A stretch of DNA of 64,000 nt from the NCBI RefSeq assembly GCF_003399765.1, contig NZ_NFZV01000001.1, positions 345,704-409,703 on the forward strand. The letters run 5' to 3'. The DNA is from Alkalilimnicola ehrlichii. GTDB taxonomy: Bacteria; Pseudomonadota; Gammaproteobacteria; Nitrococcales; AK92. Numbering within the stretch: the first letter of the stretch is position 1; every line of letters begins with the position of its first letter. The notes below the pieces were generated by a model. It did not search any database and was not told where the DNA came from. It was given only the letters and a program-made list of their open reading frames with translations. The translations under genes were made by a program, and so were the position numbers. Shown piece by piece: positions 49,389 to 60,607 of this stretch.

Positions 49389-50273
49389 ATGTACGTGTGG
49401 GAAGGTGTGTCGGAGTTTGTCGCGGTGGCGGAAGCCAATAGCTTTACAGCGGCCGCGGAGCGCTTGGGGTTATCCACGGCTTTGGTTAGTCGGCGGGTTC
49501 AAGGCTTGGAGCGCCGACTTAGCCTGCGTCTGTTCTATCGCACGACGCGCAAAGTCTCGCTGACGGCCGAAGGGGCGCTGTATTACGGCCACTGCCGTCA
49601 AGCTCTGAACGCGTTGGCGGATGCCGAGCGGGCAATGGGGCGGCTTAAGGATACGCCGCAGGGGCTGGTGAAGCTGACCGCCCCCGTTACTTACGGCGAG
49701 AAGTATGTGCTGCCCCTGGTTAACGAGTTTTTGGTCCGCTACCCGGAGGTTAGCGTGACCGCGAACTTGACCAATCAACCTATCGATCTGATCGAAGGCG
49801 GTTACGATTTGGCGATCCGCCTTGGAAAATTAAGCAGCTCCAGTCTAATCGCGAAGCGCTTGTCCAGCCGTACCCACTATGTGTGCGCGGCACCGGCCTA
49901 CCTGGAGCGGCATGGCGCGCCGCATACGCTTGCCGAGCTCGCGCACCATAATTGCCTGCGCGGCAACTACAATTACTGGCGCTTTCAGGACCAGGGGCGG
50001 GAGACGACGGTGCGGGTGCGAGGCCGCGTTACTTACAACAGCGGCATCGGTCTTCTGGAAGCTGCCTTGAAGGGGATCGGGCTGGTGCAATTGCCCAACT
50101 ATTACGTTGAGCCCTACTTGCGCAGCGGCGAGTTGGTTTCCGTGCTGGAGCCGTTTCAGGAAGCGGACGAGGGCGTTTGGGCCGTCTACCCGCAGAGTCA
50201 GCACCTATCGCCGAAAATCCGCCGCTTGGTTGACTACCTCGCCGAGCACCTTCCGAAACAAGAGGCGTCCTAA
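49389..50273 (+). CDS. LysR-family transcriptional regulator, divergent from frmAB
   Basis: 294 aa; N-terminal HTH and a LysR substrate-binding domain. Confidence 0.85.
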   Translation: MYVWEGVSEFVAVAEANSFTAAAERLGLSTALVSRRVQGLERRLSLRLFYRTTRKVSLTAEGALYYGHCRQALNALADAERAMGRLKDTPQGLVKLTAPVTYGEKYVLPLVNEFLVRYPEVSVTANLTNQPIDLIEGGYDLAIRLGKLSSSSLIAKRLSSRTHYVCAAPAYLERHGAPHTLAELAHHNCLRGNYNYWRFQDQGRETTVRVRGRVTYNSGIGLLEAALKGIGLVQLPNYYVEPYLRSGELVSVLEPFQEADEGVWAVYPQSQHLSPKIRRLVDYLAEHLPKQEAS

Positions 50274-50294
50274 GACAGAGGCTATCAGAGTGCG

Positions 50295-50741
50295 TCAGTA
50301 GGCTATGGCTAATCGCAGCCTGTCTTGATGCTGGATGCCGTTCTCGTAGATGGGATCTCGATAGTGTTGCAGAAAGTAATCGACTTCCAACGCATAGGGT
50401 CTAAAGCCTACCCTTTGGTAATACGTTAGCTGGTAACCGAAGGTTCCCGTGCCGACCTCGAAACGGCTAGCGCCTTTCTCCCGCACCGTATCGATAGCAT
50501 GGCGAAGCAGTGCCGAACCGATGCCTTGGCGCTGATACTCGGGTGCAACCGCGATACTCATTAGCTCATAGGTATCGCCAGCGATCGCTTTGATCGCATA
50601 GGCGCCGACGGTTTCGCCCGCGAGCAAGGCGATAAAGCAGACCGATTCGTCAAGATAACGCTTGATGTTCTCAGTCGAGGGGTCTGCTTCGAGAAGAAGG
50701 TTTATCGGAACTTCCGACGGCGCAACCTGCGTTATGTCCAT
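50295..50741 (-). CDS. GNAT-family N-acetyltransferase
   Basis: 148 aa; QRQGIGSALL acetyl-CoA binding motif. Confidence 0.75.
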   Translation of the reverse strand: MDITQVAPSEVPINLLLEADPSTENIKRYLDESVCFIALLAGETVGAYAIKAIAGDTYELMSIAVAPEYQRQGIGSALLRHAIDTVREKGASRFEVGTGTFGYQLTYYQRVGFRPYALEVDYFLQHYRDPIYENGIQHQDRLRLAIAY

Positions 50742-50773
50742 GAGGTGATTGGCTCTCTAATCTTGCCGCGAGT

Positions 50774-51235
50774 TTAAACGTGCTTTTCCTCGGCCCGTTT
50801 GTTTTCAACGTGCCTTGCCCAAGCTTTCGTGGTGATGCGCTCAAGAAACGAAGCACCTAACATGAGCAACAAACAGCAGACGGCGAGCACGAGCGACAGC
50901 AAAGGGCTCATAAACAGCGTCATCAAGTTGAGGTTCGGTAGGTCGCGCAATGCCAGATATTCTTGATTTAACGTCAGCCACACAACCAACAAGGTCGCGG
51001 CACCGGCAGGAAACAGGGCGGCAGCGCTCACCGCTTTCGTTTTGTATAACAAGATCCCTCCGGCGGCCAAATATCCCGCGTAGGGCGCAAGAGGGAACAC
51101 GAGTAAAGGGCCGCCGGCCTGATAGCCGGCGCCAACGAGCAGTTGATACGCCGTTATCGATGCCGCTATCGGATAAACCAATATCATGCAGGCGGCTACG
51201 CTGCATAGTATGTATAGGATGGTTCGGCCGGGCAC
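50774..51235 (-). CDS. hypothetical membrane protein (4 TM)
   Basis: 153 aa; hydrophobic segments only. Confidence 0.4.
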   Translation of the reverse strand: MPGRTILYILCSVAACMILVYPIAASITAYQLLVGAGYQAGGPLLVFPLAPYAGYLAAGGILLYKTKAVSAAALFPAGAATLLVVWLTLNQEYLALRDLPNLNLMTLFMSPLLSLVLAVCCLLLMLGASFLERITTKAWARHVENKRAEEKHV

Positions 51236-51372
51236 GATTAGCCTTACTCCTGCTTGTCGTTATGAGGATGCCGGCCGCGTTGTCCCCTCGCCTGGGCGCT
51301 GAACAGGCAAATCTATGCGTGACGGCATACCCGCTAGGGGCCAACTCAGCCGAGAAGCATCTATTAGCCGGA

Positions 51373-51706
51373 CATTAGCGTATCCGCTCCCAAAATGTCA
51401 TGTCGACGGATGTTTCGTCCAACAGTTCGATATACTTTAGCGCTACGGCGTTCGAGGTCCACTTTGCGCAAACCGCTTCTGCCCGCGCCTGCGAATCGGC
51501 TAGGGCGAGGTCGCGTAAACGCCATCTGGTCCTTTGAGCAAAACGTGGCCAAGAAGGCCTTCCTCGTGCGCTAGGAACTCGCGGTCTACGTTCTCGGAAG
51601 CTTCGAGTAGCGTTTTCTCGTCGACACCCTCGCGTAGTCTGAAGGTGGCGAATTCGACGCCGCCGAAGCGAAGCGCATCGTCTTTCATTAGAGTGAATCG
51701 AGCCAT
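51373..51706 (-). CDS. small hypothetical protein, apparent frameshift near 51515
   Basis: MARFTLMKDDALRF...LLKGPDG in ORF 51500-51706 continues in another frame as ...RLRDLALADSQARAEAVCAKW...FWERIR, giving a protein of about 110 aa. Confidence 0.3.
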
Positions 51707-51738
51707 TGTCTACTCCCCGTTTGTGTGGAGTAGGAAGA

Positions 51739-52467
51739 TTATTCTTCGCCTACTGACAGCGTGGTGTCAGTAGAGCGACGGACCTTGGTCCAGGCCTTCG
51801 CCTGCTGCGACATATAACGGTCGAGGTTTATTGCGTCCGTTAATTCGAACCGATGAGGGAGTAGCTTTACCTCGCTCATACGATCGAGGCGGAAATCTCT
51901 GAATGCGTTTCGGAGTACGCACCAGGCGCCCAGCGTCCATTTTCCGCCCCAGTAAAATAGACCCAGCGGCCATACTTCCCGTTGCGAGCGTTCCTGGCTT
52001 GGGGTTACGTACCGAAAGTGCAGCACTCGCCGCGAACAGACGGCATCGTGAAGCATATCCCAGCGTGCCGATAAGCCGCTGCGCTCCGTAACCGTTAACG
52101 CGTAGGCCCACCGGTTGGTTTCTAGTCCGCTTTGTTCGGGTAGGGATGCGCAGATCTTGCTGAGGAGGGTACGCGCACTGGCGGTTAGCATAGTCCCCGT
52201 CGATGCCGATACCATCTGTGTCCCTAGAAGGAGGGCATCGAGTTCGCCGGGCGTCAGGGTGAGAGGCCGCAGTTCGAATGCCTCATCGAGCCGATAACCG
52301 ACGCCGGGTTCGCCATAGATTGGGATGCCGCTGACGGATAAGTCATCGATATAGCGATAGATGGAGCGTACGGATACGCCAAGCTCGCTTGCCAAGGACT
52401 GTGCCGTCACGGGTTGCTTCGCCCGTAGCGCGTTAACCAACTGAAATAGCCGCTCCGCTTTTCTCAT
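51739..52467 (-). CDS. YafY/DeoR-type transcriptional regulator (HTH + WYL domain)
   Basis: MRKAERLFQLVNALRAK... HTH, then a WYL-like domain; the longer N-terminal extension is rejected. Confidence 0.7.
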   Translation of the reverse strand: MRKAERLFQLVNALRAKQPVTAQSLASELGVSVRSIYRYIDDLSVSGIPIYGEPGVGYRLDEAFELRPLTLTPGELDALLLGTQMVSASTGTMLTASARTLLSKICASLPEQSGLETNRWAYALTVTERSGLSARWDMLHDAVCSRRVLHFRYVTPSQERSQREVWPLGLFYWGGKWTLGAWCVLRNAFRDFRLDRMSEVKLLPHRFELTDAINLDRYMSQQAKAWTKVRRSTDTTLSVGEE

Positions 52468-52616
52468 CGCCTTAGCATAGCGCGCCTCCTGTCGCTCTGT
52501 TATATACCTAAGGCCACGATAAGCCGGGTTTATGCGCACGTCTTGGCCGTTCTCCCCCCGTCTTGTCCGGGGAATGCCATGCGTTGGGGGCGGAAGCGCT
52601 CGGGCGCCGACGGAGG

Positions 52617-53243
52617 CTACCTGTCCGCCGTCGCCCGTAAGCTGGGTTCCAGCACCGGCCAAACCTTATCGAGCAGCAGAGGCTGAGCTTGCGCTGTCGG
52701 GTGGATGCCGTCGTCTTGGACCAGTTCGGCGTGCTCGTCCAGGTCGTCGGGAATAAACGGTACTAAAGCAATGCTATGCTCAGCGGTCAAGTCGCGGAAC
52801 ATGGCCTCGAAACGCTCGCTAAAGGCGGCTCCGTAATTTGGCGGTAAGCGGATCTCGGCGAGTAACACTTCGGCGCCCGCGGTTCGCCCGAGTTCGATCA
52901 TGCGGGCTAGGTTGCGTTCGGTTTCCTGTGGCGGAATGCCGCGCAGACCGTCGTTGCCGCCAAGTTCGATGAACAGCACGTCCGGCTGGTGCCTTTCCAA
53001 GGCGCGCGGTAGCCTGGCTAAGCCGCCGGCGGTGGTATCGCCGCTAATGCTGGCGTTTACCACGCGGTGCGGATAGCCTTGTTCCTGTAGTCGCTCCTCT
53101 AATAGTGCGACCCAACCGGCCTCGGTAGGCATACCGTAGCTGGCGCTAAGACTATCGCCCAACACCATGAGGACGGGCCTGTCTGCCCAGGCGGGCCCGG
53201 TACCGAATAGCAATAGCAAGACAAGAAGGAAGCGTTTGCGCAT
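52617..53243 (-). CDS. tesA: SGNH/GDSL hydrolase, TesA-like thioesterase I/lysophospholipase L1
   Basis: signal peptide MRKRFLLVLLLLFG; GDSLS motif; divergent from ybbA as in E. coli. Confidence 0.8.
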   Translation of the reverse strand: MRKRFLLVLLLLFGTGPAWADRPVLMVLGDSLSASYGMPTEAGWVALLEERLQEQGYPHRVVNASISGDTTAGGLARLPRALERHQPDVLFIELGGNDGLRGIPPQETERNLARMIELGRTAGAEVLLAEIRLPPNYGAAFSERFEAMFRDLTAEHSIALVPFIPDDLDEHAELVQDDGIHPTAQAQPLLLDKVWPVLEPSLRATADR

Positions 53244-53928
53244 GTCTGATGCCGTTCCTCGCGAACTGTTGGTTGCCGAAGGTTTGGAAATGCGGTTTCG
53301 CGGCCCCGATGCCGAGATCGCGCTGTTTAATAACCTCGATCTTAGCATCTCGGCCGGCGAGACGGTCGCGATTTTAGGCGCGTCCGGTTCGGGTAAGTCG
53401 ACGTTGCTGGGCTTGCTAGCCGGCTTAGATGTACCGAGCGGCGGCCGTGTGTTTATAGACGGTACCGAACTCACCGCACTCGACGAAGACGGCCGCGCCC
53501 GGGTGCGGGCGGAAAAGCTCGGTTTTGTCTTTCAAGCCTTTCATTTGTTAAACGGCCTGACCGCCATCGAGAATGTGATGCTGCCGTTGGAGTTGGAAGG
53601 TGCTGCCGAGGCCCTGGCGCGGGCGGAGGCGGCATTGCAGCAGGTCGGTCTAGGGCATCGGCTGCGGCATTATCCGCAGCACCTCTCCGGCGGGGAGCAG
53701 CAACGAGTGGCGCTGGCGCGCGCTTTTGTCACCCGGCCGCAATTGCTGTTGGCCGACGAGCCGACCGGTAACCTGGACCAGGCCACCGGACAGAAGGCGG
53801 CCGATCTTATGTTTCGGATGAACGCCGAGCAGAACACGACCTTAGTGCTCGTGACGCACGATCGCGAATTGGCAGGCCATTGTCAGCGTGTTTTGCAGTT
53901 GGTCGAAGGGAGGCTACAGCCGGTATGA
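53242..53928 (+). CDS. ybbA: ABC transporter ATP-binding protein YbbA-like
   Basis: Walker A GASGSGKST, LSGGEQQR, LLLADEPTG. Confidence 0.85.
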   Translation: MSDAVPRELLVAEGLEMRFRGPDAEIALFNNLDLSISAGETVAILGASGSGKSTLLGLLAGLDVPSGGRVFIDGTELTALDEDGRARVRAEKLGFVFQAFHLLNGLTAIENVMLPLELEGAAEALARAEAALQQVGLGHRLRHYPQHLSGGEQQRVALARAFVTRPQLLLADEPTGNLDQATGQKAADLMFRMNAEQNTTLVLVTHDRELAGHCQRVLQLVEGRLQPV

Positions 53929-56423
53929 GGGCGGGGGCATGGCGTTTGGGTTTGCGCTTCCTGCGCCGCGATTGGCGCGCCGGCGAGTTGCGATTGCTAG
54001 CGGCGGCTTTGGTGATTTCGGTCGCCGCGGTGAGTTCGGTTGCGTGGTTAGCCGAGCGGGTGAGCGCTGCCGGTACCGGGCGAGCGGCGGAATTGCTGGC
54101 CGCCGACGGTGTGGCGCGTAGCTCCGACCCTATCCCCGCAGCGTGGCGCGAGGAGGCCGCCGCGCGCGGGCTTTTACATGCGGTGACGCTGGAGTTTCCA
54201 AGTGTGGTGCTGGCCGGCGAGCGGAGTCAGCTGGTATCGGTGAAGGCCGTGGAAGCGCCCTACCCCTTGCGCGGGATGTTACGGGTACAAGCCGGTCGCG
54301 ATGCACCGGAAGAGGAGGTGCGGGCGGTGCCGGAGCCGGGTACGGTCTGGTTGGAGCCGCGCTTGATGTTGCAGCTCGACCTGGTGGTGGGCGATGCGCT
54401 GGAGCTGGGCGCGGAGACGTTCACGGTAAGCCGTATGCTGACGCTGGAGCCGGATCAAGGCGGCTTTTTCGGCAGCCTTGCGCCGCGTTTAATGTTGAAC
54501 ATCGAGGATATACCGGCCACCGGCTTGGTACAGCCGGCAAGCCGGGTGCGTTACAACCTGATGGTGGCGGGGGATGCTCAAGCAGTTGAGCGTTATCGAG
54601 GGTGGCTGGAAGCCGCGACCGAAGAGCCGCTGGACTGGGCGCGGCCGGGCGATCAGCCGGGGGTGGAGCAAGTGCTGAGCAACGCTCAGCGTTTCTTAGG
54701 CCTCGGTGCTTTGCTTACCGTGGTCATTGCCGGTGTGGCGATTTTGCTCACGGTTCGGCGTTACGCGGCAAGCCAATTGGATCGGGTAGCCATTATGCGC
54801 TGCTTGGGCGCAAGGCAGCGCCAAGTGAGCGCTATTTTGACCTGGAAGCTGGTGTGGCTGGGGCTGGCCGCCGGTTTTGTTGGCTTAGGCGCCGGCTTTG
54901 CTTTGCAGCATCTAATGTTGCTACTGGTGGCCGATTTGCTGCCGCCGGAGTTGCCCGCGCCGGGGCTGCGCCCGGCCTTGAGCGGGTGGTTGGTAGCGTT
55001 GGCGGCTTTGCTCGGATTCGCTTTGCCGACGGTATTGCGCTTGCGGCAAGTGCCGCCGATGCGGGTATTGCGGCGCGATATCGGCGGCGATGTGTTCCGT
55101 GGTAGCGGCCTGTATGTCATTCCGCTGGCGATCATTTTCCTCATGATGTGGTGGCAAGCGGGCGATCCGCGCCTGGCTGTGGTGGTGTTTGGCGCTGTGC
55201 TCGGCACGCTGTTCGTGCTCGGGTTGGCCGGGCTCGGTCTGGTTGTGGCCGTGCGCCTGTTGCGGCGTGTCAGCGGTGCCGGTTTGCTGTGGTTTTCCGG
55301 CATTGGCCGGCGGCCGGTGGCGGCTGTAGTGCAGGTGGTCGGCGTCGGCTTAGGGCTGATGGCCTTGTTTTTGCTGGGTTTGGTGCGCGGCGATTTGCTG
55401 GATACCTGGCAGGGGCGAATTGCCGAGGATGCGCCTAATTACTTCTTGATCAATGTGCAGCCGACGGAAGTGGACGCCTTGCGCACCTTTTTGGCTGAGC
55501 GGGGCGAGGTGGTGCCGACCTTTTATCCCATGGTTCGTGGGCGATTGACGGCGATTAACGAGCAACGTGTGCAGCCGGACGATTTCGAAGATCCCTCCAC
55601 CCAACGTTTGCTGGCGCGCGAGTTCAATTTATCGTGGGCGGAAGATCTGTACCCGGATAATCGCATTCGTTCCGGCCGCTGGTGGACGGGAGCCGAGCCC
55701 GATCCGGAGCAGTTTTCGGTCGAGGTGGGCTTGGCCGAGCAGTTAGGTGTCGGTTTAGGCGATACGCTGACCTTTTCGGTGGCGGGCGAGTCGGTGGAGG
55801 CGACGGTAACCAGCTTGCGAGAAGTGCATTGGGATAGCTTCAATGTGAATTTCTTTGTCACCGCACCGAGCGGTTTGCTGGACGACTTTCCGGCGACGTA
55901 TATCAGTAGCTTTTATCTGCCGCCGGAGCATGAGGATATTATGCCGGCACTGGTGCGCAACTTTCCTAGCGCCACGGTGATCGATATCAACAGCATTCTC
56001 GCCACCGTGCGCGATATCATCGAGCAGGGCAGCCGTATCGTGGAGTTGATGGCGGGGCTGACGTTGCTAGCCGGGCTGCTAGTGTTGTTGGCGGCCTTGC
56101 AGATCACCGGCGAAGAGCGTCGCTTCGAAAGCGCGCTGCTACGCTCGTTGGGGGCGAGTCGCGCGCGTATTCGTTGGTTGGCGCGCAGCGAGTTCTGGTT
56201 GCTTGGCGCGGCGGCAGGTTTCCTGGCGGCGGTGATTGCGGTTTTTGCCGGTCGGATCGCCGCGCGGGAGTTGTTTCAGCTTTACTATCCGGTGAATCTG
56301 GAGCTTATCGCGCTCGGCACGCTTATCGGCGTTTTGGTGGTATGGAGTGCCGGAGCCTGGGGTTCCGTGCAAGCCTATCGCGTCTCGCCGATGCGTTTGT
56401 TGCGTGAAACCCGAGATGTTTGA
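53925..56423 (+). CDS. ybbP: ABC transporter permease YbbP-like (FtsX-family, duplicated)
   Basis: about 830 aa; two FtsX-like TM bundles; ATGA overlap with ybbA. Confidence 0.8.
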   Translation: MRAGAWRLGLRFLRRDWRAGELRLLAAALVISVAAVSSVAWLAERVSAAGTGRAAELLAADGVARSSDPIPAAWREEAAARGLLHAVTLEFPSVVLAGERSQLVSVKAVEAPYPLRGMLRVQAGRDAPEEEVRAVPEPGTVWLEPRLMLQLDLVVGDALELGAETFTVSRMLTLEPDQGGFFGSLAPRLMLNIEDIPATGLVQPASRVRYNLMVAGDAQAVERYRGWLEAATEEPLDWARPGDQPGVEQVLSNAQRFLGLGALLTVVIAGVAILLTVRRYAASQLDRVAIMRCLGARQRQVSAILTWKLVWLGLAAGFVGLGAGFALQHLMLLLVADLLPPELPAPGLRPALSGWLVALAALLGFALPTVLRLRQVPPMRVLRRDIGGDVFRGSGLYVIPLAIIFLMMWWQAGDPRLAVVVFGAVLGTLFVLGLAGLGLVVAVRLLRRVSGAGLLWFSGIGRRPVAAVVQVVGVGLGLMALFLLGLVRGDLLDTWQGRIAEDAPNYFLINVQPTEVDALRTFLAERGEVVPTFYPMVRGRLTAINEQRVQPDDFEDPSTQRLLAREFNLSWAEDLYPDNRIRSGRWWTGAEPDPEQFSVEVGLAEQLGVGLGDTLTFSVAGESVEATVTSLREVHWDSFNVNFFVTAPSGLLDDFPATYISSFYLPPEHEDIMPALVRNFPSATVIDINSILATVRDIIEQGSRIVELMAGLTLLAGLLVLLAALQITGEERRFESALLRSLGASRARIRWLARSEFWLLGAAAGFLAAVIAVFAGRIAARELFQLYYPVNLELIALGTLIGVLVVWSAGAWGSVQAYRVSPMRLLRETRDV

Positions 56424-56438
56424 GTTGTCGAGGAGATA

Positions 56439-56879
56439 TTGATGGATTCCACCCAAGGTTGTTTTCTGGAAGATCTTAGCGAAGGCATGGAAGCGACGTT
56501 TACCAAAACGGTGACGGAGACGGACGTGACCCTGTTTGCCGGCATTACCGGCGATTTGAACCCGATGCACGTTAACGAAGAGTATGCGGCCGCGACGCCT
56601 TTCAAGGGGCGGATCGCGCACGGTATGTTAACGGCGAGTCTGATCTCCAATCTGCTGGGGACGAAGCTGCCGGGGCCGGGCACTATTTATATGAGCCAGC
56701 AGGTGCGGTTTAAGGCGCCGGTGCGGATTAACGATACCGTCACAGCGCGGGTGAGGGTGACGAATATCCGTGAGGATAAGGCCATTGTGACCTTGGCAAC
56801 GGATTGTCTGGTGGGCGGCAAGGCGGTATTGACCGGCGAAGCGGTGGTGATGGTGCCGCGACGCGAGGCAGTGTCCTAA
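56439..56879 (+). CDS. MaoC-like (R)-specific enoyl-CoA hydratase (PhaJ-like)
   Basis: 146 aa; hotdog fold; DLNPMHVNEEYAAATPFKGRIAHG hydratase motif. Confidence 0.75.
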   Translation: MMDSTQGCFLEDLSEGMEATFTKTVTETDVTLFAGITGDLNPMHVNEEYAAATPFKGRIAHGMLTASLISNLLGTKLPGPGTIYMSQQVRFKAPVRINDTVTARVRVTNIREDKAIVTLATDCLVGGKAVLTGEAVVMVPRREAVS

Positions 56880-56880
56880 G

Positions 56881-57693
56881 GTGGATCGGTTGCTGACGGC
56901 AGAGGCGGCGCTTGCCGACTGGTATGGCGAGTTCGAATTGCCGGAAGGCGCTGTGGCCGAATGGCGGATTGGTCCGGCGCGGTTTCAGGTGGTGCATCGG
57001 TTTGGCGAATGGCGGGTGTCTCAGCAGCGAGACGAAGGTTTGCCGTTGCACGCCGAAGTCGCTTTCGACGATGTCGAGCCGATGCCGGAAGACAAGGTAG
57101 AGCGGTTCGTGTATGCCGATCAAAGCGGCGTTTTCCACGTGCAACCGCTGTTGCCGGACCGCTCCGTCGTATCGCGTCCGGCAGCGCCGCTGTTCGTACC
57201 GGCTGGCGAGGCGGTGCGGTTGTACGTAACCGTACCGCTGTGGTTGCAATTGTCGGTCGGTAAGCAGCGGAAACGTTTGTTGGAGGTGCCGAGCTATCGG
57301 CCCTCCGATACCTGGTTCGGCCCGACAACCATGACCGGCGAACTCTGCTACGCGCTGCGTAGCCGGTGTCGGTTGTATCTTGAGGATGCCGAGTTCGTAC
57401 CTTATCGGGCGCATATCCCCGTGCAGATCCGCAACCAGGCGAGTAAACAATTGAGTTTGGAAAGAGTCTGCGTGCCGGTGCGGCAGTTGAGCTTATATGT
57501 CACGCGCGACGGCCGGTTCTGGACCGACGAGGTCGGTCTTGAGCAGCGAGACGAAGGCGGCAGTCTAGCGGCCTTGCGGCTGGGGGGAAAGGCGCCGAAA
57601 GAAGCGGTCGATGCGCAGCGCATCGCTACCTCGCGCGATGCGCCGGGTCGACGTACGGCTATACATGCGTTCAGCGCTTTGTTTAATCTATGA
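56881..57693 (+). CDS. conserved hypothetical protein
   Basis: 270 aa; long ORF coupled to the preceding gene; no motif recognised. Confidence 0.4.
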   Translation: MDRLLTAEAALADWYGEFELPEGAVAEWRIGPARFQVVHRFGEWRVSQQRDEGLPLHAEVAFDDVEPMPEDKVERFVYADQSGVFHVQPLLPDRSVVSRPAAPLFVPAGEAVRLYVTVPLWLQLSVGKQRKRLLEVPSYRPSDTWFGPTTMTGELCYALRSRCRLYLEDAEFVPYRAHIPVQIRNQASKQLSLERVCVPVRQLSLYVTRDGRFWTDEVGLEQRDEGGSLAALRLGGKAPKEAVDAQRIATSRDAPGRRTAIHAFSALFNL

Positions 57694-57760
57694 ATCTTCG
57701 TTATCGATAGCTTATCCGCCAACGAGCGTATGTTCTGTCTGAGGCTAAACGAGGTGTTTC

Positions 57761-58624
57761 GTGGCTGACTTTTGGGCGCCGATGGGGGCGTTTTTCTCGG
57801 CGGGCGGTTGGTTGAACGTCTTGCAAGCGGCGCTGATCCTCGTGCTGGGGCTACTGCTTGGGCGGATACTTGGCAGTGCGGTCGCGCGCGTGCTGCACGG
57901 CAAGCTCGACGCGCACGGGGTTATGATTGCCCGGCGGGTCGTCTTTTATTTCATTTTGGGTTTAGCCGTTGCTTCGGCGTTGCATCAGCTCGGTTTCCGC
58001 TTAGGGGTTTTGTTGGGAGCTGCCGGCGTCGTCTCGGTTGCGCTCGGCTTTGCCTCGCAGACCTCCGTATCCAACCTGATCAGCGGCTTGTTCTTAGTCG
58101 GCGAGCGTCCGTTCGGCGTTGGCGATGTGGTACGTATCGGCTCTACGACGGGCGAGGTTTTATCCATCGATTTGCTGTCGGTGAAACTGCGTACCTTCGA
58201 TAACCTCTATGTCCGCATTCCGAACGAGACGCTGATTAAAAGCGAGATGACGAATATGTCTCGCTTTCCCATCCGTCGCGCCGATCTGCAAATCGGCGTG
58301 GCGTATAAAGAGAGCATCAAACGGGTGCGCGAGGTGTTGCTTGAGGTCGCGGAGCGCAATCCGGTATGCCTGGAAGAGCCGAAACCTGTGTTCATGGTTT
58401 TGGGCTTCGGCGATTCGTCGATTAATCTGCAATTTTCGGTATGGGCCAAGCGCGAGAACTTTCTCGAGCTTCGTAACAGTATGCAGGAGCAGATCAAAGA
58501 AGCGTTCGACGAGCACGGGATCGAGATTCCTTTCCCCCACCTTAGTCTTTATGCCGGTAGCGTAACCGACCCTATCCCTGTGCGCTATGTCGACCCCGAC
58601 CCGACAACGAGCGATAAGCTTTAA
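57761..58624 (+). CDS. small-conductance mechanosensitive channel (MscS family)
   Basis: three TM helices followed by the MscS beta-domain (GDVVRIGSTTGEVLSIDLLSVKLRTFDN). Confidence 0.8.
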   Translation: MADFWAPMGAFFSAGGWLNVLQAALILVLGLLLGRILGSAVARVLHGKLDAHGVMIARRVVFYFILGLAVASALHQLGFRLGVLLGAAGVVSVALGFASQTSVSNLISGLFLVGERPFGVGDVVRIGSTTGEVLSIDLLSVKLRTFDNLYVRIPNETLIKSEMTNMSRFPIRRADLQIGVAYKESIKRVREVLLEVAERNPVCLEEPKPVFMVLGFGDSSINLQFSVWAKRENFLELRNSMQEQIKEAFDEHGIEIPFPHLSLYAGSVTDPIPVRYVDPDPTTSDKL

Positions 58625-58842
58625 TCAGGTTTATCGCTGATATAGATCAAGCGCTCACCCGTACTCCCGACATACAGTGAAGGTGTGGAAGGTGTGCCGG
58701 CAGGCGGCGATTTGCCGTGGTCATGCCAACGTTCTCTGTCGCACTTTAGTGTCGATACGCCTGCCGAGCCCTTGCCAGATCGTGCTGGCGTCCATAAGAA
58801 CAGGATGCGCAAGGCAGCTCGTCAACGCCAGGAGGTGGCGAA

Positions 58843-60591
58843 ATGCTCCATAAGCTGATGGCACCCCGCGATACCGGAGAAGGCGTTCACGCGCTGGACC
58901 GTATTAATCATATGATCATGGGCCGTTTAACGCGGGGTATCTCGCCGGCTGGTCTGTCGCTGGCATACTACGACTGGCTGGTGCATTTGGCCATGTATCC
59001 GGGAAAGCAAATCGATTTGATGCAGGATGCGACGGAAAAATATCTTCGCCTGATAAGCTATGCAGGTAACTGCGCCTCCGAAAATAGCATCGAACCTTGT
59101 ATCACGCCCGAGCCGGGCGATAACCGGTTTCGCGCGCCGGAATGGCAGCAGTGGCCGTTTAATCTGATCCAGCAGAATTTTCTGCTGGTGCAAGATTGGT
59201 GGAGTAGGGCGACCAGCGAGGTCCGCGGTATCGAGCCGCATCATCAGGATGTGGTCCATTTTGTCGGGCGGCAACTCCTCGATGTGCTGTCGCCGTCGAA
59301 CTACCTGCCGACTAATCCGGAAGTGTTGCGTCGTACTTTCGAAGAAAACGGCGAGAATCTCTTGCGTGGCTGGCGCAATTTCATCGACGACGTTTATCGT
59401 CGTGTCCATGGCCAGCCGCCCGCCGGGGTAGAAGATTGGCAGGTCGGCGAGAACATGGCATTGACGCCCGGCAAAGTCATCTACCGCAATCGCTTGATCG
59501 AGCTGATCCAGTACGAGCCGACCACCAAAAATGTGTACGCCGAGCCGGTTCTTTTCGTGCCGGCGTGGATTATGAAGTACTACATTTTGGATCTGGTGCC
59601 CGGTAAATCCTTAGTGGAGTATCTGAGGGATCAGGGGCACACGGTATTCATGATTTCCTGGAAAACCCTGGGCCGACAGACCGCGACATGGGCATGGTCG
59701 ATTACCGTAAGCTCGGTATTCTGGCCGCCTTGGATGTTATAAATGCGGTGGTGCCGAATCAGAAGGTGCATGCGGTAGGTTATTGTCTCGGCGGAACCTT
59801 GTTATCGCTTACCGCCGCGGCGATGGCTCGCGATGGCGACGAGCGTTTGGCAAGTATGAGTTTATTTGCGGCTCAGGTGGATTTTACCGAGCCTGGAGAG
59901 TTGGATCTTTTCATCGACGAAAGCCAGATTACCTATCTCGAAGATAATATGTGGCAAAAGGGCTATCTGGACGCCTATCAGATGGCCGGCGCGTTTCAGC
60001 TGTTGCGCAGTAACGACCTCATCTGGTCGGCCGTGGTTAAGGATTATTTAATGGGCGAGCGGACGCCCATTTTGATCTCATGGCCTGGAATGCCGATGCT
60101 ACCCGCCTGCCCTACCGAATGCACAGCGAATACCTCCGCAGTTTATTCCTTAATAATGATTTCGTCGAAGGGCGTTACGATGTCGAAGGGCAGCCCATTC
60201 ATTTCGGCGATATTCGAGCGCCGATTTTGCAGTTGGCACCGTTAAGGACCATGTGGCACCCTGGCTGTCTGTCTACAAGATAAACCGCCTGGCGCGAACC
60301 GAAACGACGTTTTTACTGACCACGGGTGGGCATAACGCAGGGATCGTTACGCCGCCGGGCCATCCGCGGCGTAAGTATCAGGTACATACTCGCGACGTGC
60401 ATGATCGCTACCTCGGGCCGCGTCGGTTCCACCTGGAAACGCCCTATCAGGACGGTTCCTGGTGGCCGGAGTGGGAGGCGTGGCTGGCGAAGCGTTCCGG
60501 CAACCGGGTTAAACCACCGGCGATGGGAGCGCCCAAAGCGGGTTATAAACCCCTTCTGGATGCGCCGGGCGAGTATGTACTTATGAAATGA
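58843..60591 (+). CDS. phaC: second PHA synthase (PhaC), three apparent 1-nt homopolymer frameshifts (~59675, ~60078, ~60240)
   Basis: four ORF pieces are colinear with PhaC (lipase box GYCLGG); correcting A4 to A5, T4 to T5 and A2 to A3 runs restores about 584 aa. Confidence 0.8.
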
Positions 60592-60607
60592 TCAGGAGGA
60601 TCGTTCG